Shown here: positions 6,553-11,188 of the stretch, in pieces
How the letters are laid out: each line of letters opens with the position of its first letter
Position numbering within the stretch: the first letter of the stretch is position 1
Origin: Candidatus Nanohaloarchaea archaeon
GTDB taxonomy: Archaea; Nanohalarchaeota; Nanosalinia; Nanosalinales; Nanosalinaceae
Length of the DNA: 11,188 bases
Direction: 5' to 3'
NCBI GenBank assembly: GCA_042217585.1
Contig: JBDGSJ010000001.1
Location: 10,093 to 21,280 of the forward strand
Program-made: the position numbers and the translations under genes
The notes under the pieces: generated by a model
Seen by the model: only the letters and a program-made list of their open reading frames with translations
Database searches by the model: none
What the model was told of the DNA's origin: nothing

Positions 6553-9102
6553 ATGGAACAGGTCCTCTGGTTCGAAAACATAACCGCCGACGACACCGGA
6601 AAGGTGGGCGGAAAGAGCGCAAACCTCGGAGAACTACAGAACGAGATCGATGTACCGGTCCTCCCGGGCTTCGCGACCACAGCAGGAGCCTACGACCACT
6701 TCATAGAGGAGACCGACCTGAAGGAGAAGATAAGGAACATACTTGAAGATCTGGACCCCGATGACGTGAACGACCTGCAGAGAAGAGGAGAGCAGGTCCG
6801 TTCCCTGATACAGGAGGCGGACATGCCCGAGGACCTGAGGAAGAAGTTCACCGAATCATACCAGGAACTCTCGGACCGCCTCGGGGTCGACAACCCGCGC
6901 GTGGCCGTACGGTCATCAGCGACGGCGGAGGACCTCCCCGGAGCCTCCTTCGCAGGACAGCAGGACACCTACCTGAACATCCAGGGCGAGCAGGACCTCA
7001 TTGAAAGCATCAAGAACTGCTTCGCGTCCCTTTTCACGAACCGCGCCATCAGCTACAGGGAGGATAAGGGGTTCTCGCACTTCGACGTGAAGCTCTCCGC
7101 GGTCGTCCAGAAGATGGGGCGGTCCGACATCGGTGCCTCGGGCGTGATGTTCACCATCGACCCGGACTCCGGTTTCGAGGACGTGGTCACCATCAACGGG
7201 AGCTACGGACTCGGGGAACTGGTCGTGCAGGGAGAGGTGAACCCCGACGAGTTCACGGTCTTCAAGAAGAACTACGGCATAATAGAGAAGGAGCTTGGCG
7301 ACAAGGAGATAAAGATGGTCCGGGACGACGAAGACCCGGACAGCGACAACAAGGAGGTGAAGGTCCCTCAGGAAGAGAGGGAGAAGTTCTGCATAACCGA
7401 GAACCAGGCCAAGGAGCTCGCGAAGTACGCCACCCGTATCGAGGAACACTACGACAAGCCGATGGACATCGAATGGGTCTACGACGGCCAGACAAAGGAG
7501 CTGTACATAATACAGGCAAGGCCCGAGACTGTGCAGAGCGAGAAAGACAAGAACGTCATCAGGGACTACAGCCTGGAGGAGGAATCTGAGGTCCTCCTCG
7601 AGGGCGCCGCGATAGGGTCCAAGATCGGAAGCGGGAAGGCTCACGTCCTGAACTCGCCGAAGCAGATCGACCAGTTCGAGGAAGGAGAGGTCCTCGTCAC
7701 TGACATGACCGACCCGGACTGGGAGCCGATAATGAAGCAGGCAGGCGCGATAATCACCAACAAGGGCGGAAGAACCAGTCACGCCGCCATCGTCTCCAGA
7801 GAGCTCGGCGTCCCAGCAGTCATCGGGACCGAAAACGCCACCTCCAAGCTGAAGAACAAGCAGGGCGTGACGGTCGACGGAAGCAGCTCTACCGGCAAGG
7901 TATGGGACGGAGAACTCGAGATAAACGTGGAGGAACACCACCTCGACGACATACCGGACACGGAGACGGACGTGCAGATAAACATAGGAGAGCCGAGCGA
8001 GGTATTCCACCTCGCCCAGCTGCCCGTAGAAGGAGTCGGTCTGGCCCGTGAGGAGTTCATAATCTCCTCACACGTCGGAGTCCACCCGCTGAAGCTGATC
8101 GAGGAGGGCCGCGAGGACGAGTACGTCGAGGCGCTGAGGTCCGGCATAGGAAAGATAGGCGCCGCGTTCTACCCCGACCAGGTCGTGGTCCGACTCTCCG
8201 ACTTCAAGTCCGACGAGTACGCGGAGCTCGAGGGCGGTGAGGACTACGAGCCTGACGAGGCCAACCCGATGCTCGGCTTCCGCGGAGCCTCCCGCTACTA
8301 CGACGACGAGTTCTCCGACGCGTTCGAGCTCGAGTGCAGGGCTCTCAGGCACGCGATAGACGAGCTGGAGCTCGACAACATAACCATCATGGTGCCGTTC
8401 TGCAGGACCGTCGAGGAGGGCAAGAAGGTCCGGAAGAAGATGAAGGAGTACGGGCTGGACCAGGGAGACATCGAGGTCTACGTCATGGCCGAGATACCGG
8501 CGAACATCATACGTCTCGACGAGTTCGCCGATGTCTTCGACGGCTTCTCCATCGGGACCAACGACCTCACCCAGCTCACCCTGGGAGTCGACAGGAACTC
8601 GGACAAGCTGAAGGGCCTGTTCGACGAGAGGGACACAGCGGTGAAGAGGTCCGTCAGCAAGCTGATAGACCAGGCCGAGATGCAGGGGGTCCACACCGGT
8701 ATCTGCGGGGACGCGCCCAGCACACATGAGGGATACGCCGAGTTCCTCGTCGAGGAGGGAATCGACGCGATATCCGTCTCACCCGACGTCGCGCTCGAGA
8801 CCATAATGAAGGTCGCGGACGCAGAGGAGGAACACGGTGTCTCAACGGGGGACGGAGAAGAGGAAGAGGGGTCCGGTACCCGCGTGAGCGTGCAGGTCGA
8901 CGTCGAGACAGACGTTGGCAAGACCGCGGGCGAGGTCTACGAGAAGTTGAACAGGCACGGAAAGGCCACTCTGGACCAGCTACAGGATATATCCTCGGAC
9001 GCCCCGGAGAAGATAAACCAGGCGCTGGGATGGCTTGCCAAGGAGGGCAAGATAGTCAAGGAGAAGGACGGCGACGAGGTCAACTACAGGATCAGCGACT
9101 GA
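6553..9102 (+). CDS. ppsA: Phosphoenolpyruvate synthase (pyruvate, water dikinase) with C-terminal winged-helix extension, 849 aa
   Basis: Motifs VGGKSANLGEL, VAVRSSATAEDLPGASFAGQQDTYLN, MDIEW, QARPETV, phospho-His GGRTSHAAIVSRELG (His410 at 7780-7782), EANPMLGFRGASRY, FSIGTNDLTQ and GICG. Confidence 0.97.
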   Translation: MEQVLWFENITADDTGKVGGKSANLGELQNEIDVPVLPGFATTAGAYDHFIEETDLKEKIRNILEDLDPDDVNDLQRRGEQVRSLIQEADMPEDLRKKFTESYQELSDRLGVDNPRVAVRSSATAEDLPGASFAGQQDTYLNIQGEQDLIESIKNCFASLFTNRAISYREDKGFSHFDVKLSAVVQKMGRSDIGASGVMFTIDPDSGFEDVVTINGSYGLGELVVQGEVNPDEFTVFKKNYGIIEKELGDKEIKMVRDDEDPDSDNKEVKVPQEEREKFCITENQAKELAKYATRIEEHYDKPMDIEWVYDGQTKELYIIQARPETVQSEKDKNVIRDYSLEEESEVLLEGAAIGSKIGSGKAHVLNSPKQIDQFEEGEVLVTDMTDPDWEPIMKQAGAIITNKGGRTSHAAIVSRELGVPAVIGTENATSKLKNKQGVTVDGSSSTGKVWDGELEINVEEHHLDDIPDTETDVQINIGEPSEVFHLAQLPVEGVGLAREEFIISSHVGVHPLKLIEEGREDEYVEALRSGIGKIGAAFYPDQVVVRLSDFKSDEYAELEGGEDYEPDEANPMLGFRGASRYYDDEFSDAFELECRALRHAIDELELDNITIMVPFCRTVEEGKKVRKKMKEYGLDQGDIEVYVMAEIPANIIRLDEFADVFDGFSIGTNDLTQLTLGVDRNSDKLKGLFDERDTAVKRSVSKLIDQAEMQGVHTGICGDAPSTHEGYAEFLVEEGIDAISVSPDVALETIMKVADAEEEHGVSTGDGEEEEGSGTRVSVQVDVETDVGKTAGEVYEKLNRHGKATLDQLQDISSDAPEKINQALGWLAKEGKIVKEKDGDEVNYRISD
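8911..9099 (+). other. DUF2582-like winged helix-turn-helix domain fused to PpsA
   Basis: VGKTAGEVYEKL...ATLDQL...INQALGWLAKEGKI matches my recollection of the DUF2582 wHTH pattern (G-x-x-A-G-x-V-W/Y ... ALGWLAREGKI). It follows an acidic/Gly linker. Confidence 0.75.
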
Positions 9103-9505
9103 TCCCGACGACCTGCCTCATCACTTCTTTTCCTTTATGCTTCACGACCAGCAGGTAGTTCCCTTCCTCCAGCGGACCTGTCCTCGCATCGTAAGAGACG
9201 ATACCGCTGCACCCGGTGACGTTGCCCTCATACTTCTCCGCTCCCATCTTCAGCACTATCCTCTCATCCGTCCGGATGTATGAGTGGTTCAGGTCCTGCC
9301 GCGGGGACTTCACGTAGTAGCTCCCTGTTATCCTCAGCCCGTTCCCCTGGTAATCCACGGAGACTCCCGGCTGCTGACCGTACCTGCAACCGGCCTGGAG
9401 GCTGTCGAAATTCACATCGTTATCTGCGGGCCTCTCCGGAACTTTGATAACCAGCAGTAGCGCAAGGATCGCTGCAAGACCTGCAAAACTCCAGAACTTG
9501 TCCAT
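9092..9505 (-). CDS. Hypothetical membrane-anchored or secreted protein, 137 aa
   Basis: N-terminal hydrophobic stretch FWSFAGLAAILALLLVI, then a beta-rich domain with two Cys. TATA box 24-31 nt upstream. The 3' end overlaps ppsA by 11 nt. Confidence 0.75.
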   Translation of the reverse strand: MDKFWSFAGLAAILALLLVIKVPERPADNDVNFDSLQAGCRYGQQPGVSVDYQGNGLRITGSYYVKSPRQDLNHSYIRTDERIVLKMGAEKYEGNVTGCSGIVSYDARTGPLEEGNYLLVVKHKGKEVMRQVVGISR

Positions 9506-9528
9506 AGAGAGGCAGGCGGCTCCAAGAG

Positions 9529-9536
9529 TTATATAA
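9529..9536 (-). promoter_or_regulatory. Putative TATA box for the 9092-9505 gene
   Basis: Palindromic TTATATAA 24-31 nt upstream of ATG 9505. Confidence 0.6.
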
Positions 9537-9543
9537 TATGCGT

Positions 9544-9559
9544 GAGAGCAGAGGCTCTC
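9544..9559. repeat. Inverted repeat GAGAGC-N4-GCTCTC between divergent promoters
   Basis: Perfect 6-bp arms at 9544-9549 and 9554-9559. Confidence 0.5.
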
Positions 9560-9569
9560 TGGACGTGAC

Positions 9570-9577
9570 TTTATTAA
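9570..9577 (+). promoter_or_regulatory. Putative TATA box for the minD-like gene
   Basis: TTTATTAA 26-33 nt upstream of ATG 9603. Confidence 0.6.
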
Positions 9578-9602
9578 GAATAGAGCCGCAAGCTTTTGTT
9601 AG

Positions 9603-10382
9603 ATGGGTAGAGGACGAATAATAGGCCTGATATCCGGGAAGGGTGGCGTCGGCAAGACGAGCATAGGCGTGAACCTCGGCATAGCTCTCAGCGAGTTCGG
9701 AAACGAGGTCACAGTCGTGGACGCGGATTTCGCCGCCTCAAACCTCGGAGTGTACCTCGGAAGATATGACCACCCGGTCAAGATCCAGCAGGTTCTCCAG
9801 GGGAACGCCGACCCCGGATCCGCGGTCTTCAGGCATCCTACCGGGATAAAGGCGATGACATCCTCCAACGAGATAAACCGGGTCGAGCCCGAGACAGACA
9901 ACCTTAGAGAGGTCCTGCTCGAGCCGGCGAAGGACTCTGACTACGTTCTGGTGGACTGCCCGCCCGGCCTCAACGCCACGGTCGAATCCATCATGACCGC
10001 TGTCGACGAACTGATGATCGTCACGATGCCTACCCAGACCTCAGGTATAAACGCCGCGCAGATAATCGAGAAGGCGAAGGAGCTCCAGAAACCTATACTC
10101 GGGACCGTGGTCAACAAGGTGGAGGACGATCCGGAGATGGAGCTCATCGACCGGGAGATAGAGATGATGACCGAATCCCACATACTTTCCCAGATACCTT
10201 ACGACGCCACCATGAAGAAGAGCCTTTTCGAGAACGAGCCGCTGATGCTCTACGAACCTCTCTCCGAGGCGGCCCTTAACATAAAGGAGCTCGGGGCCAC
10301 GATAGACGGCGCGGACTACGAGAGACCGAGCTTCGCGAAGTTCAGAAGAAAGCTGAACAGCCTGAAGGACAACCTCGGCTAG
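9603..10382 (+). CDS. minD: MinD/ParA-family P-loop ATPase (archaeal MinD-like), 259 aa
   Basis: Deviant Walker A GKGGVGKT at 9636-9659, switch I VVDAD, Walker B YVLVDCPPG, VVNK and IPYD motifs, and a basic amphipathic C-terminus FAKFRRKLNSLK. Confidence 0.88.
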   Translation: MGRGRIIGLISGKGGVGKTSIGVNLGIALSEFGNEVTVVDADFAASNLGVYLGRYDHPVKIQQVLQGNADPGSAVFRHPTGIKAMTSSNEINRVEPETDNLREVLLEPAKDSDYVLVDCPPGLNATVESIMTAVDELMIVTMPTQTSGINAAQIIEKAKELQKPILGTVVNKVEDDPEMELIDREIEMMTESHILSQIPYDATMKKSLFENEPLMLYEPLSEAALNIKELGATIDGADYERPSFAKFRRKLNSLKDNLG

Positions 10383-11188
10383 TCGTGAAGCGCCTGCCTG
10401 TGAAGCTTTCTTCCGCTCTCCGTGTCGAACTCCTCGCCGCAGACCCCGCACTCGTAGACCTCTTCATCTCCTGAATCCTTCTCGGGTTCCTGCTGTTGAT
10501 CTTCCTCGCCGTCCTCATCGATGTCATCGACCTCTATCGATTCCTCTTCGTCTTCCCCAGGTCCTTCCTCATCTCCTAGTTCCTCATCATCCTGGGGATC
10601 TTCCTCGCCTTCTTCACGGACGTCTTCCCCTGCTTCATCCTCATCCTCTTTTCCGTGGTCGTGTTCGACCTGCGGAGGCTTCGCCGCCACACCCGAACCG
10701 TTTCCCTTCATGGACCTCATCCTGCCGCGGCGGGAATCACGCGGACCACGGGAGTCGTTCTTCTTTTTCTTTATCGCTCCGGCCAGCACGATCGTGAAAA
10801 GCATTATCAGGCCGAGAGCCAGCTGGAGGCTGCTCTGACTCTTCAGGAAGTCCGTGGCCTGGCCTGTCATCCGGGTCACCGTGTTGTTCCCGAGCAGGGA
10901 GCCCGACGAACTCTGGTTTCCCGGCGATTCCGTGGCGGAACCCGTGTTCTGCTGTCCCGTGTTCTGCCGGGAGGAGATCCCATCCTGTTCTATCCTTGAC
11001 ACCATTGGCGCCCGCTTGGTGATCTCCTCATCTCCTGCCTGAGCCTTTACCACCAGGTCGAAAGTCGGCAGGACCCCGCAGCCACTGTTACAGTACGAGG
11101 CGGGAAGAGTGGTGCTCAGTTCCAGGCTCTTCGAGCCTCCGGGCGGGATAGTCCCGAGATCGGTCCTTGAAAGGCTGTAACCATCCCA
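10379..11188 (-). CDS. 5'-truncated membrane-anchored surface protein with acidic cytoplasmic tail and C-terminal C2H2 zinc finger
   Basis: The frame stays open from 11053 to the window edge (WDGYSLSRTDLGTIPPGGSKSLELSTTL..., resembling an Ig/CARDB-type strand). It continues through a Ser/Gly/Asn/Gln linker, a TM helix at 10772-10828, KKKK, an Asp/Glu-rich tract, and C-x2-C-x12-H-x4-H at the end. Confidence 0.8.
   Translation of the reverse strand, partial: WDGYSLSRTDLGTIPPGGSKSLELSTTLPASYCNSGCGVLPTFDLVVKAQAGDEEITKRAPMVSRIEQDGISSRQNTGQQNTGSATESPGNQSSSGSLLGNNTVTRMTGQATDFLKSQSSLQLALGLIMLFTIVLAGAIKKKKNDSRGPRDSRRGRMRSMKGNGSGVAAKPPQVEHDHGKEDEDEAGEDVREEGEEDPQDDEELGDEEGPGEDEEESIEVDDIDEDGEEDQQQEPEKDSGDEEVYECGVCGEEFDTESGRKLHRQALHD

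Noticed and set aside
6447..6680. 78-codon N-terminal extension of the first pilin ORF in the ORF track
   Set aside because: It overlaps ppsA head-to-head, crosses both promoters, and would bury the class III signal far from the N-terminus.
6690..8921. Several antisense or alternative-frame ORFs within ppsA (up to 364 aa)
   Set aside because: Their composition mirrors the codon bias of the acidic ppsA frame; there is no independent evidence of coding.
10455..10655. TCTTCC/TCATCC-rich stretch as a tandem repeat or CRISPR-like array
   Set aside because: No fixed unit or spacer structure; explained by Asp/Glu codons of the low-complexity tail.
11051..11053. GTG 11053 as the start of the last gene
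   Set aside because: The frame is open for 45 more codons to the window edge with protein-like sequence, and there is no signal peptide at 11053.

Overview
GC-rich, gene-dense archaeal DNA. The cytoplasmic proteins are strongly acidic, archaeal TATA boxes sit about 24-33 nt before apparently leaderless starts, and genes abut or overlap. This best fits a halophilic DPANN lineage such as Ca. Nanohaloarchaeota (inference). Left half (minus strand, 1-6446): a tightly coupled operon of five class III signal peptide (type IV pilin-like) genes, including a ~1269-aa putative tip adhesin. Its vWA domain is split by a ~440-aa insert that looks nested: a galactose-binding-like jelly roll containing a beta-sandwich, which in turn contains a GEVED-like domain. 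Divergent from the operon is a phosphoenolpyruvate synthase (ppsA) with an extra C-terminal DUF2582-like winged-helix domain, and the shared promoter region carries inverted repeats. Right half: a small membrane-anchored hypothetical protein, a MinD-family ATPase, and the 3' part of a surface protein whose cytoplasmic tail is hyper-acidic and ends in a C2H2 zinc finger. No RNA genes, CRISPR arrays or mobile elements were seen. All family assignments come from motif recognition by eye, not from database searches.
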